NCBI GenBank assembly: GCA_965198825.1
Contig: CBDAQB010000002.1
Location: 431,209 to 495,208 of the forward strand
Source: Acetobacteraceae bacterium
GTDB taxonomy: Bacteria; Pseudomonadota; Alphaproteobacteria; Acetobacterales; Acetobacteraceae
Reading direction: 5' to 3'
DNA length: 64,000 nucleotides
The translations under genes were made by a program, and so were the position numbers. The notes under the pieces are model-generated. The model saw only the letters and a list, made by a program, of their open reading frames with translations. It ran no database searches and was not told where the DNA came from. Of this stretch, positions 39,024-49,786 are shown piece after piece (position 1 is the first letter of the stretch; each line of letters starts with the position of its first letter).

Positions 39024-39823
39024 CGCTTGACCAGCATCGCTTGCGATGTGGCCAGCTCAAGCGCGAACTCGGATTTATCTTCAAGGTATTCGTCGAAAGC
39101 TTCGCGCACGCCGTCGAGATACGAATAATCGTGGCTGAGGATGACGCCGCCCGGGACCATGCGCGGGTAGAAGAAGTCGAGGCACGCCAATGTACTCGAT
39201 TTCAGATCGACATCGAGATGGACGAACGAGAACCTCTTATCGGAGACGGGATGCGCCGTTGCCGGAAAAAGACCTTGGTAAAAATGGATGTTGCGTTCGC
39301 TGGAAAGGAATTTCTGCACCGACCCTAGCGAAGCCGCGTAGTGTCCCGCACTCATTCGATCGGTTTCGGTGGCGTTCGGCGATGGCAGGCCTTCGAAAGT
39401 GTCGAACAGATGCAGCGGCTTGGCACCGCTTGCGACGCTGATGATCCTGGCGGAGCAGCCCTGGTAAACGCCGACCTCTGCCATTTCTCCATCGATACGG
39501 CTTTGCGCACGGGCCAGCGAGTAAACGGTAAATGCCTCATTGCCGCTCAGCAGAGATTCCCGGCCACGCCTGGCGCTTTTCAATTGCGCCATATGGCCTG
39601 GCTGCTTATGGCCGGCGAGCAGGGCCAACTCGAGCCGTGCCATGAGGCCTATCGTCATGGCGCGAACCGGGCGGCTGGCAGCGATGAGGCGATGTACGCG
39701 GGCACTGTTGAAGCGCCGCCGGATACGGAGGCCCTTCAGTGCCGGAGACATGACAGCAGCCGGTTCGCTCACGATGTCGGAGATAGGCTTGTTCCTTCGG
39801 TGCCTGTCGCCCGTGGCGACCAA
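39020..39823 (-). CDS. TylF/MycF-family O-methyltransferase
   Basis: GEMAEVGVYQG, LFDTFEGLP, FSFVHLDVDL, GGVILSHDY; start uncertain. Confidence 0.85.
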   Translation of the reverse strand: MVATGDRHRRNKPISDIVSEPAAVMSPALKGLRIRRRFNSARVHRLIAASRPVRAMTIGLMARLELALLAGHKQPGHMAQLKSARRGRESLLSGNEAFTVYSLARAQSRIDGEMAEVGVYQGCSARIISVASGAKPLHLFDTFEGLPSPNATETDRMSAGHYAASLGSVQKFLSSERNIHFYQGLFPATAHPVSDKRFSFVHLDVDLKSSTLACLDFFYPRMVPGGVILSHDYSYLDGVREAFDEYLEDKSEFALELATSQAMLVKR

Positions 39824-40015
39824 GCTCGCTCCGGCTGCGGATTTGATGCGCTAACGCACCCCTCCTGGCAATGTTCCGCAAGCCTTGTTCCGAGCGTGTC
39901 TTCGTGCAAACGAGGTTCACCATAGACTTGCCGGAAGATCGGTCGGATATTTCGGCATATCCGGATATGAAAAATCGGGAGGCCTTACAATCGGCCAGTA
40001 AATGGGGAGAGAGAA

Positions 40016-41194
40016 ATGCCGCGATCAGCCGATTTCGATGTTGTCGTTTACGGAGCAACCGGTTTTACCGGCCGGCTGGTCGCCGAGCATTTAGCGCAGC
40101 ATGGCGGAGACCGTCTGGTGTGGGCCATGGCGGGGCGTAGTGCTGCGAAACTGGCGGCCGTGCGTGATGAGATCGGCGCACCGGCAGACACGCCGTTGAT
40201 CGTGGCGGACGCAGATGATGCTGCCTCGCTGGATGCAATGGTGGCGCGCGCGAAGATCGTCATCACCACGGTCGGCCCGTATCAGCTCTATGGCGAGCCC
40301 CTCGTGGCGGCGTGCGTACGCGCCGGCACCGACTATCTCGATCTCTGCGGCGAGCCGAACTGGATGCATCGGATGATCGGCGCCTATGACGCCGCGGCGC
40401 GTGCAAGCGGGGCGCGCATCCTGTTCTCGTGCGGGTTCGATTCTATCCCGTTCGAGCTTGGCGTTTTCTTTCTGCAGGAGACTGCGAGGGACCGGTTGGG
40501 CGCGCCTGTGCCGCGTGCCATGGGACGCGTGCGCAAGATGCAGGGAAGTTTCTCCGGCGGAACGGCAGCGAGCCTGAAGGCGACGCTTGCCGCAGCCGCG
40601 GCCGATCCTGCCGTCATGGATGTCCTGCGCGATCCTTTCGCCCTGACGCCAGGGTTTCGGGGACCGGACCAGCCGCACGGCATGGCGCCTGCCTACGACG
40701 AGGCGCTTGGAACCTGGGCCGCCCCCTTCATCATGGCGGCGATCAACACACGCAATGTGCATCGGTCGAACGCCTTGCAGAGGCACGCTTACGGTACGGA
40801 GTTCGTCTATGACGAAATGGTCCTGACCGGCCCCGGGGAGCGCGGCGAGGCGGCTGCGAAGGCGATGGCGGCAGCACCTTCTCCGTTCGGCGAGGATGGC
40901 CCGAAACCAGGCGAGGGGCCCAGCAAGGCGGAACGCGACAATGGTTTCTATGAAGCGCTGTTCGCCGGCGTCGCGCGCGATGGCAAGGTTGTTCGTGTGT
41001 CCGTCAGCGGAGACCGTGATCCGGGCTATGGCTCCACATCGAAGATCATTGCCGAAACGGCAATCTGCCTGTTGCGCGAAGGTGAGCACGTGCCTGGCGG
41101 CATTTGGACGCCAGGCGCTGCCCTGGGCCGAAAACTCATCGAGGCACTGACCAGCTACGCAGGGCTGAACTTCAACGTCGATGACGCTGCCTAA
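40016..41194 (+). CDS. Saccharopine dehydrogenase-like NADP-binding oxidoreductase
   Basis: YGATGFTG, TVGPY..YG, YLDLCGE, CGFDSIP, DPGYGST. Confidence 0.85.
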   Translation: MPRSADFDVVVYGATGFTGRLVAEHLAQHGGDRLVWAMAGRSAAKLAAVRDEIGAPADTPLIVADADDAASLDAMVARAKIVITTVGPYQLYGEPLVAACVRAGTDYLDLCGEPNWMHRMIGAYDAAARASGARILFSCGFDSIPFELGVFFLQETARDRLGAPVPRAMGRVRKMQGSFSGGTAASLKATLAAAAADPAVMDVLRDPFALTPGFRGPDQPHGMAPAYDEALGTWAAPFIMAAINTRNVHRSNALQRHAYGTEFVYDEMVLTGPGERGEAAAKAMAAAPSPFGEDGPKPGEGPSKAERDNGFYEALFAGVARDGKVVRVSVSGDRDPGYGSTSKIIAETAICLLREGEHVPGGIWTPGAALGRKLIEALTSYAGLNFNVDDAA

Positions 41195-41490
41195 AGGAAG
41201 TCAGGCAGGGTCTTCTTGTCGGCGTAGAAGAATTGCACCTCCTGCGGTGCATCGAGCCGCCATGCCTTGGCGTGGAGAAGCGACGATCTGAACCAGCGTA
41301 TATCCAATGAAGCAGGGGTTAGGGATTGCGCGGCATCAAGCGCTGTCTCGGCCTTCACCCGGCGCGGGAGGGATGGAATGCAGGAGGCCTGGGCCCATGC
41401 GTAGGTCATGACTAGAAAATCCGGCACGCATCGCACTCCGTCAATCAGGCGCACTATTGGCAGGGCGCACAGCCGAAACTCCCGTTGGGT

Positions 41491-41775
41491 TTACCGGCTC
41501 TGAGTTTTCGTCGTTTGCTGGCGCGTTTCGGATGCATCGCGGGCGGCCGAGTGCGGCAGCCGATCTGCTGAACCGGGGCTTCGCTCGGCCAGTGCGCGCT
41601 CACGCATGCTGGACAACGCGCCCCGCATTTCTTCTAAGAGTGCCGCCTCGGCCTCCGCGTCATCCGGATGCCCGGTCGCGAGAAGATACGAAAGCCACTC
41701 GTTCTTTGCAGCAATCTTCGCTTCCTGCTCCAGGATCAGGCTCTGGAGGTCGGCGCCATGGCGACTTTTTCCCAC
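41491..41775 (-). CDS. Small hypothetical helical protein
   Basis: 94 aa amphipathic-helix-like; purine-rich GAGAGGG upstream; no family recognised. Confidence 0.35.
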   Translation of the reverse strand: MGKSRHGADLQSLILEQEAKIAAKNEWLSYLLATGHPDDAEAEAALLEEMRGALSSMRERALAERSPGSADRLPHSAARDASETRQQTTKTQSR

Positions 41776-41963
41776 GTTGTTGAGTGCCCTCTCTCATGTC
41801 ACGCCGGTATCCCGGGGAAGACGTTTATCGTCGTGAGAACCCCATGCGGATGCATGCCGGCGGTAGGCTCCCGGTATCGTGACCAAGGGCACGACTTCCT
41901 GGTGTGCGCGGATGACGCTGCCGGCGGGGTTAGGGCCGCTTGCGGGAGGGGCGCAATGACGCC

Positions 41964-43190
41964 ATGCACAAGGCGATGCCGCCAGCGAAGATACGCCTGA
42001 TCCGCCACCCGGGCGTGCTGCCCATGATCGGCGGCCGAAGCCTTTCCTCGCTGGCCTCGCAAATGCAGGCCGTCGTGGTCGGCTGGCAGATCTATGCGCT
42101 GACAGGAAGCGCCTTCTCGCTCGGCCTGGTCGGGCTCGCGCAATTCCTGCCGGTCGTGGTGCTCGGTTTCGTTGCAGGACACGTCGTCGACCGCTCGGAC
42201 AGGCGGCGCATCGCGGGCACCTGCCAGATCATCGCCTGTCTCGCCGCGCTCGCACTGGCGGCCGCCTCGTTCGCCCACATGCTGACACCGTCGATGATCT
42301 ACGGCCTGGTGGTTGTCGTCGGCGCGGTGCGCGCCTTCGAGGCGCCAAGCCTGCAGGCGCTGCTGCCAGCCCTCGTGCCGGCCGAGGCGTTTCCGCAAGC
42401 GGCCGCGCTCTCTTCGTCATTGTTCCAGACAGCAACGATCGTAGGTCCCTCGCTAGGCGGCCTGCTCTACGGCCTCGGCCCCGACGTCGCCTACGCCACC
42501 TGTGCTGCAACCTTCCTTCTTGCCGCACTCTCCACACTCACGGTGCCGCCGATCCGCCGCGCCGCCGCCCTGGAGCCGCCAACCCTCGCCTCGGTGTTCG
42601 GCGGACTGACCTTCATTCGCCAGCGGCCGGAAATCCTCGGCGCCATCTCGCTCGACCTGTTCGCCGTGCTGCTGGGAGGTGCGACCGCACTCCTCCCGGT
42701 CTATGCACGCGACATCCTCAAGGCCGGACCGCTCGGCCTCGGCCTGCTGCGCGCAGCACCAGGCCTCGGCGCCATCGGCGTGTCGCTCTGGCTCGCCCGG
42801 CGCCCCCTGCGCGGCAAACTCGGCATGCGCATGTTCGCGGCGGTCTTCGTGTTCGGCCTCGCCACCATCGCATTCGGCTTCTCGACCTACCTGCCGCTCT
42901 CCGTGGCAGCCCTCGCGGTCCTCGGCGGCGCAGACGTCATCAGCGTCGTCATCCGGTCCACCCTCGTGCAAATGCGCACGCCGGACGCCATGCGCGGCCG
43001 CGTCGCCGCGGTGAACATGCTTTTCATCGGATCATCGAACCAGCTTGGAGAATTCGAAAGTGGAACGCTGGCGGGCTTCGTCGGCGCGGTGCCTGCCGTG
43101 GTGATCGGCGGTTTGGGTACTTTGGCCGTTGCCTGGATCTGGATGGCGCTCTTCCCGCAGCTTCGCCGGCTGGATCGGGTGGAGGTTTAA
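41964..43190 (+). CDS. MFS transporter
   Basis: ~12 TM; GHVVDRSDRR motif A; TPDAMRGRV. Confidence 0.88.
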   Translation: MHKAMPPAKIRLIRHPGVLPMIGGRSLSSLASQMQAVVVGWQIYALTGSAFSLGLVGLAQFLPVVVLGFVAGHVVDRSDRRRIAGTCQIIACLAALALAAASFAHMLTPSMIYGLVVVVGAVRAFEAPSLQALLPALVPAEAFPQAAALSSSLFQTATIVGPSLGGLLYGLGPDVAYATCAATFLLAALSTLTVPPIRRAAALEPPTLASVFGGLTFIRQRPEILGAISLDLFAVLLGGATALLPVYARDILKAGPLGLGLLRAAPGLGAIGVSLWLARRPLRGKLGMRMFAAVFVFGLATIAFGFSTYLPLSVAALAVLGGADVISVVIRSTLVQMRTPDAMRGRVAAVNMLFIGSSNQLGEFESGTLAGFVGAVPAVVIGGLGTLAVAWIWMALFPQLRRLDRVEV

Positions 43191-43245
43191 GCGAAGACAA
43201 AAGGAGGTCTTCTTTTTTGAAAAAAAGAAGCAAAAAAACTTTTGC
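43190..43245. repeat. Family A copy 10 (solo left arm)
   Basis: GGTCTTCTTTTTTGAAAAAAAGAAGCAAAAAAACTTTT right after the MFS TAA. Confidence 0.9.
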
Positions 43246-43278
43246 ATCTTTGGGCGGTGCTTGAGGAGAAGCTGGGCG

Positions 43279-43707
43279 TCAGGCTGCGCCTGTTGGTAGT
43301 GGCCCCTGCGCAGAGAGTATTGCCCATTCGTTGTCCGTGAAGATCCGGCTGCGTGTTAGGAAACGAACTCCCTCTGGAGATTCCAGGGAAAAACCCGAGC
43401 CTCGGCCTGGGACTACGTCGATGGTGAGCTGCGTGTGAGCCCAATATTCGAATTGAGCTGCGCCCATGTAGAAGGGCGCGCCGGCGATGGTTCCCAGGAG
43501 AACATCCTGTGCGCCTACGCGGAAATCACCGAGCGGGTAGCACATAGGGGCGCTGCCGTCGCAGCATCCGCCCGATTGATGGAACAATAAGTCGCCGTGA
43601 ATGGCGCGAAGCTTCTCCACGATTTTTTCAGCAGCAGGCGTAATCAAGACCCGCGCCGCAGGCATTTCGACAGTGGCGGTGTCAGTGTCGTGATCCATGA
43701 TGCCCAT
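43279..43707 (-). CDS. DUF779 family protein (typically linked to aldehyde dehydrogenase genes)
   Basis: FHQSGGCCDGSAPMCY, QFEYWAHTQLTIDVVPGRGSGFSLE. Confidence 0.9.
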   Translation of the reverse strand: MGIMDHDTDTATVEMPAARVLITPAAEKIVEKLRAIHGDLLFHQSGGCCDGSAPMCYPLGDFRVGAQDVLLGTIAGAPFYMGAAQFEYWAHTQLTIDVVPGRGSGFSLESPEGVRFLTRSRIFTDNEWAILSAQGPLPTGAA

Positions 43708-43722
43708 CCTAATTCCGAGGTT

Positions 43723-43785
43723 CCAAGGACTTGTCCTTGGTGGGGGTCCCCCCTGAAGCGATTGGGGGCAAAGCCCCCCGGCCTT
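43723..43785. repeat. Family B-like degenerate half element
   Basis: CCAAGGACTTGTCCTTGG hairpin and GGGGGCAAAGCCCCCCGGCCTT, resembling GGGGCAGAGCCCCTGGCCTT. Confidence 0.5.
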
Positions 43786-43787
43786 GC

Positions 43788-44741
43788 TTACTCAGCGCGC
43801 CTCAAACCGAGCCGGCGCAATTTACGATGTAGGGTAGCGCGGCTCACACCCAAGACGCGCGCCGCCTGCGACACATTGCCGTCCGCGCGGGCGAGGGCGC
43901 GTTGGAGGACTCCGCGTTCGGCGGATTCGAGGTTTTCAATGCCGTCGTCAGCCGGGCAGAGGATGGTGTCTGCCGGCAGGGATTTGGCGAGTTGCGCGTC
44001 GGTAATGCCACAGGCGATACGGGCGGCGCGTGTTGCACCGACGATGAGGTCGTCTTCGCTGATGGCGAGCAGGGCGCCTGCGCCCCAGTCCGTATCGGGT
44101 GCGAGGACGATGCGGGCGCGCGGGAAGGCGCCGCGGAAGTTGCGCGCCTCGATGCGCCGTGCGGCGTCCACGACGGCCGATGCGATCAGGCCGATGAAAT
44201 CCTGGGTGAGGTCGGCGCGGCAGGATGAGACGTCGATGGCCGCCGCGAGGCGTCCCTGGTGGTCGTAGATGGGGGCTACGGTGCAGCTGAGGCCAGTGTT
44301 CCGGGCGTGGAAATGCTGGTCGCGGTGGATGGTGAGCGCGCGTTCCTCGGCGATGCAGGTGCCGATTCCGTTGGTGCCTTCGGCTTCCTCGCTCCAGACG
44401 GTTCCTGTCCAGAGGCCCCAGCGAAAGAAGGTTTTGTCATCGGCGCAGACGCCGCGCCGGTCCACGGGAACGCCGTGGCGGTCGGTGAAGAGCACGCAGC
44501 AGCCGGTATCGCCGACCGCCTGGAAGAGGCGGTCGAGCGTGCCTGTCGCGGCGGAGAGGAGCGGTTCGACATGTTCACGGGCTTCGCGCAGTTCGCGGTC
44601 AGTGAGCACGCGCGGGGGGCGGGTATCGTGCGGATCGAGGCCGTAACGGGTGAGCGAACGGGTCCAGGAGGCGAAGATAGCAGAGCGCCCGGACGCGGAG
44701 GGGTCGCGTGCTGCGGCAATGATGCGATCGGCGTGGTTCAC
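43788..44741 (-). CDS. GAF + Fis-type HTH regulator (AcoR-like, no AAA+ domain)
   Basis: SWTRS, GTNGIGTCI, LSCTVAPIYD GAF motifs; GNVSQAARVLGVSRATLHRKL; GGGAGG 9 nt upstream of GTG. Confidence 0.85.
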   Translation of the reverse strand: MNHADRIIAAARDPSASGRSAIFASWTRSLTRYGLDPHDTRPPRVLTDRELREAREHVEPLLSAATGTLDRLFQAVGDTGCCVLFTDRHGVPVDRRGVCADDKTFFRWGLWTGTVWSEEAEGTNGIGTCIAEERALTIHRDQHFHARNTGLSCTVAPIYDHQGRLAAAIDVSSCRADLTQDFIGLIASAVVDAARRIEARNFRGAFPRARIVLAPDTDWGAGALLAISEDDLIVGATRAARIACGITDAQLAKSLPADTILCPADDGIENLESAERGVLQRALARADGNVSQAARVLGVSRATLHRKLRRLGLRRAE

Positions 44742-44885
44742 CTGGACATGCCTCCCGGCATCGTTTCGATTTTAGCCCACTTGGCGTGGAGTCGACCTGC
44801 TTTGCTCTTCGTGTCAATATCCCTCCAGGCCCGGAACACTAGCAAGTAACGGGTTGCCACTATGCTGCGACGCACAATAATGTGC

Positions 44886-44915
44886 TGTCTCATCCTGTCG
44901 CAGGAGTGCGACAGG
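44886..44915. promoter_or_regulatory. Candidate operator in the divergent regulator/ADH promoter region
   Basis: Perfect inverted repeat CCTGTCGCA-GGAG-TGCGACAGG (44894-44915) plus extra half-site TGTCTCA (44886-44892). Confidence 0.45.
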
Positions 44916-45081
44916 TCGGCATAAAGTCGGCGACCGCTGCGGTTGTCACATCCGGTTCAACTGATCAACTTAACGACGACTTCAGAAGTGCGAAGGCTCT
45001 TGTCGGCGAGGTCGGGGATCAGCGCGGCTGCCTCATTGCATTACGCCGAAATTCAACAGAATACTTGGAGGATACACAATA

Positions 45082-46824
45082 ATGACTGACCGTGTTCCCG
45101 CCCGTTTCGGCTTGCGAAGCGCCGGCTTGCGACTTCGGCAGGTGCTGGCTCTGACCTGCGCCGTAGCGTTGCCGCTGTCGCAGGCTTCGGCTGGTGCGAC
45201 CCTGAAATATTCGCCTGTCACGGACGCGCGCCTTGCTGCTGCCGCGAACGACGACGGCTGGCTGATGTATCGCCATGATTACGGCAGCACCGGCTATTCG
45301 AAGCTGAAGCTGATCAACGAGACAAACGTCGGCAAGCTCAGGCAGATCTGGGACTACAAGAGCGACTTCGAGCAGGGTCATGAGTCGGCGCCGATCGTCA
45401 ACGGCGACACGATGTTCATCACCACGCCGAAGGACGAGGTGCATGCGTTCCAGGCGAGCACGGGCAAGGCGCTGTGGACCTACAAGCATGACCTCTCGAG
45501 CGTCGGCCTGAAGACGGTTTGCTGCGACGTGGTGAACCGCGGCGTGGCGGTCTATGGCGACAACGTCTATCTCGCGACGCTCGACAACTATGTCGTGGCG
45601 CTCGATGGCCAGACCGGCAACGTGGTGTGGAAGAAGCAGCTCGCTCCGGCCGATCAGGGTGCTGCGATGACGCTGGCGCCGCTCGTCGTGAAGGGCAAGG
45701 TCATCGTCGGCCTGTCCGGCGGCGAATATGGCGCACGTGGCGCGGTCACCGCGCTCGATGCGAAAACCGGTGATCAAGTCTGGAAGAAATTCACCATCCC
45801 GGCGCCTGGCGAGCCTGGCGGCGATACCTGGCCGAAGGGCGCCTACAAGACCGGCGGCGGCGGCGCCTGGCTGACTGGCACCTACGATGCGGCGACCGAC
45901 ACGCTGTTCTGGGGCGTCGGCAATCCTGGCCCGTGGCTGGCAACACTTCGTCCCGGCAACAACCTCTACACCGACAGCGTCATTGCGATGAACCCGGGCA
46001 CCGGCGACATCAAGTGGAGCTATCAGTACACGCCGCACGACACCTGGGACTACGACGGCACCAACGAGACGGTGCTGACCGACATCAACTACGAGGGCAC
46101 GCCGCACAAGGCGCTGGTCTCGGCGAGCCGGAATGGCTGGTTCTACGCCATCGACCGGGTCAGCGGTAAGCTGATCTATGCCGAGAAGTTCGCGACCGCG
46201 ACGTCGGTCAAGGGCGTCGAGAACGGCCAGATGGTGACGGACGATGCGCTGCGTCCTGATGTGGGCAAGGAAGTGTTCACCTGCCCGAGCTTCCTGGGCG
46301 GCAAGAACTGGTGGCCGATCGCCGTCGATCCGCAGACCCATTTCGCCTACGTGCCGACGATGCATACCTGCATGAAGATCAAGGGCGGCGCGGTGAGCTA
46401 CCACGCCGGCCTGCCGTTCCTCGGCGAGAGCTTCAACGTCATGCGTGATCCGGCCTTCCCGGATGCGTGGGGCGCCGTGCAGGCGATCGATCTGAACACC
46501 GGCAAGCAGGCGTGGAACTTCCCCTCCAAGCTGCCCTGGAACGACGGCATGCTGGCAACTGCCGGCGGGCTGGTTTTCTCAGGCAGCGCTGACGGCTACC
46601 TGTATGGCTTCGACGCCAAGACGGGTGCCGTGAAGTGGAAGAGCCCGCAGATGAGCTCAGGCATCATCGGCGTGCCAAGCACCTGGAAGGTCGGCGGCAA
46701 GCAGTATGTCGGCCTGTGGGCCGGCTGGGGCGGCGCGACACCGATCTGGGGCGGCGACATGGCCAAGGATCCGGCCGTGAAATCCATTCCGCTCGGTGGC
46801 CACTTCTATGTGTTCGGGCTGTAG
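45082..46824 (+). CDS. Type I PQQ-dependent alcohol dehydrogenase, ExaF/PedH-like (lanthanide-type motif)
   Basis: Signal peptide; CCDVVNRG vicinal Cys; GGEYG, GNPGPW, WDYDG; PSFLGGKNW; no heme motif. Confidence 0.9.
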   Translation: MTDRVPARFGLRSAGLRLRQVLALTCAVALPLSQASAGATLKYSPVTDARLAAAANDDGWLMYRHDYGSTGYSKLKLINETNVGKLRQIWDYKSDFEQGHESAPIVNGDTMFITTPKDEVHAFQASTGKALWTYKHDLSSVGLKTVCCDVVNRGVAVYGDNVYLATLDNYVVALDGQTGNVVWKKQLAPADQGAAMTLAPLVVKGKVIVGLSGGEYGARGAVTALDAKTGDQVWKKFTIPAPGEPGGDTWPKGAYKTGGGGAWLTGTYDAATDTLFWGVGNPGPWLATLRPGNNLYTDSVIAMNPGTGDIKWSYQYTPHDTWDYDGTNETVLTDINYEGTPHKALVSASRNGWFYAIDRVSGKLIYAEKFATATSVKGVENGQMVTDDALRPDVGKEVFTCPSFLGGKNWWPIAVDPQTHFAYVPTMHTCMKIKGGAVSYHAGLPFLGESFNVMRDPAFPDAWGAVQAIDLNTGKQAWNFPSKLPWNDGMLATAGGLVFSGSADGYLYGFDAKTGAVKWKSPQMSSGIIGVPSTWKVGGKQYVGLWAGWGGATPIWGGDMAKDPAVKSIPLGGHFYVFGL

Positions 46825-46833
46825 GGACTGGTA

Positions 46834-48021
46834 TTGATGAAGACCAACTCCACCAGGCAGGCGCTTCTGGCGTCCTGCTTGGTGGCCGGAGGTGTCGTGC
46901 TCGCGCACGGCACCGCTTCGGCCGCCACCATGCCGGGCAACCTCTCGGTGTGCATCGACACGGCTAGCGCTTCGGCCGCGCGTGACCAGAAGGTTGCAGA
47001 GGCGGTGGCGCACCGTGAAAATGTTCAGCTTGCCGTGGAGCATTTCACCAGCAGCGACGATGACGACGGAGTTTCGCCAAAGGAATTCCGCAAGCTCATC
47101 GGCAGCAAATGCAAGCTGGTGCTCGGCTTTCCGGTCGATGCCACAAAGGGATCGTCGCCCGGGCTGCCGCCTGACCTGATGACCACGACGGCCTATGGTG
47201 AGACCGGTTTCGTGTTCGTGGTGCCGCAGGGATCGACGGCCAAGCGGCTCGCCGACCTTCCCGACAACACCGACGTGGCGGTGACCTACGAGACGGCGCC
47301 GAACACGTATTTTCTGGACCACAAGAATGTTTCGCCGGACGTGCATACGTCCGACAAGGAGACGCTGGAGACGGTCGCCTCAGGCAAGGTGAAGGCCGCC
47401 ATGGTCTGGGGCCCAACTCTGCAGGCCTACCTGAAATCGACCCCGGACGCGAAGCTCAGCGCCTATCCGCTGGATGAGCCCCACGCGCGCTACCAGGTGG
47501 TGGCCCTCTATGGCGAGGACGGCACGGCAGACGCGGCGCGCTTCCAGAAGGCTGTCGCCGATCTCGGTGGCTCCAGCGCGCTCGACAAGACGATCGCCTC
47601 GGACGGCGAGGGCGGCGGCACCACGACTGTGCAGCCGCCGGCGCCCTCTTCCGCCCCCGGGCCGCACGCCGACGCCGGCGGCTTGCCCGCGCTCTATACG
47701 GAGGCGCAGGCCAAGCAAGGCGCACAAAAGTTCTCCGACAATTGCGAGCAGTGCCATGGCGCGCATCTCGAAGGCCGCGCAGGGCCGGCGCTCAAGGGGC
47801 CGAACTTTGCCTCCAAGGCCTCAAACTTCACGGTTAGCGACATCTTCACGATTGTCTCACAGAACATGCCTGCTTCCAATCCAGGCAGCCTGGAGCACGA
47901 TGATTACGTGCAGATCATGGCTTTCCTCTTGCAGCAGAACGGCTACCCCGCGGGTTCGACTGCCTTGACGTTCGACGGTGCGGGCGCTTCCAAGGTCGCT
48001 TTGGTCTACCAGCCTAAATAG
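46834..48021 (+). CDS. Fusion of MxaJ/XoxJ-like periplasmic binding protein and C-terminal cytochrome c
   Basis: LSVCID, CKLVLGFP, LMTTTAYGETGFVFV, AMVWGP; Pro/Gly linker; CEQCH and NMP ligands. Confidence 0.8.
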   Translation: MMKTNSTRQALLASCLVAGGVVLAHGTASAATMPGNLSVCIDTASASAARDQKVAEAVAHRENVQLAVEHFTSSDDDDGVSPKEFRKLIGSKCKLVLGFPVDATKGSSPGLPPDLMTTTAYGETGFVFVVPQGSTAKRLADLPDNTDVAVTYETAPNTYFLDHKNVSPDVHTSDKETLETVASGKVKAAMVWGPTLQAYLKSTPDAKLSAYPLDEPHARYQVVALYGEDGTADAARFQKAVADLGGSSALDKTIASDGEGGGTTTVQPPAPSSAPGPHADAGGLPALYTEAQAKQGAQKFSDNCEQCHGAHLEGRAGPALKGPNFASKASNFTVSDIFTIVSQNMPASNPGSLEHDDYVQIMAFLLQQNGYPAGSTALTFDGAGASKVALVYQPK

Positions 48022-48075
48022 TTTATAATTTGGCTCGGCCGGGCCCCCAAAGCCCGGCGAAATGGGAGAAATAAA

Positions 48076-49596
<1,521 letters not shown>

Positions 49597-49602
49597 GTAA
49601 AA

Positions 49603-49634
49603 GGCTGTCTTGTTCTTCCGGGAACAAGACAGCC
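49603..49634. terminator. 13-bp perfect hairpin after aldB
   Basis: GGCTGTCTTGTTC / GAACAAGACAGCC; a short T-tract follows only on the minus strand. Confidence 0.55.
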
Positions 49635-49786
49635 CCGCCGTGTGCTGAAGAGAACGCAGCAACCCGGAAAACCTGCGTTGCAGGTGTCACAAACTTCACA
49701 CCCGGCTTAAGTCTAAAGCCGCAATCCTCCGACATCGCTGATTTGTGTAGTTCTTTGGTAACTCTCCTCAGGCAGTGTCCGTCCGG

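Noticed and set aside
44839-44861. Possible sigma54 promoter TGGCAACCCGTTACTTGC on the minus strand
   Set aside because: GG-to-GC spacing is 13 nt rather than the required 10
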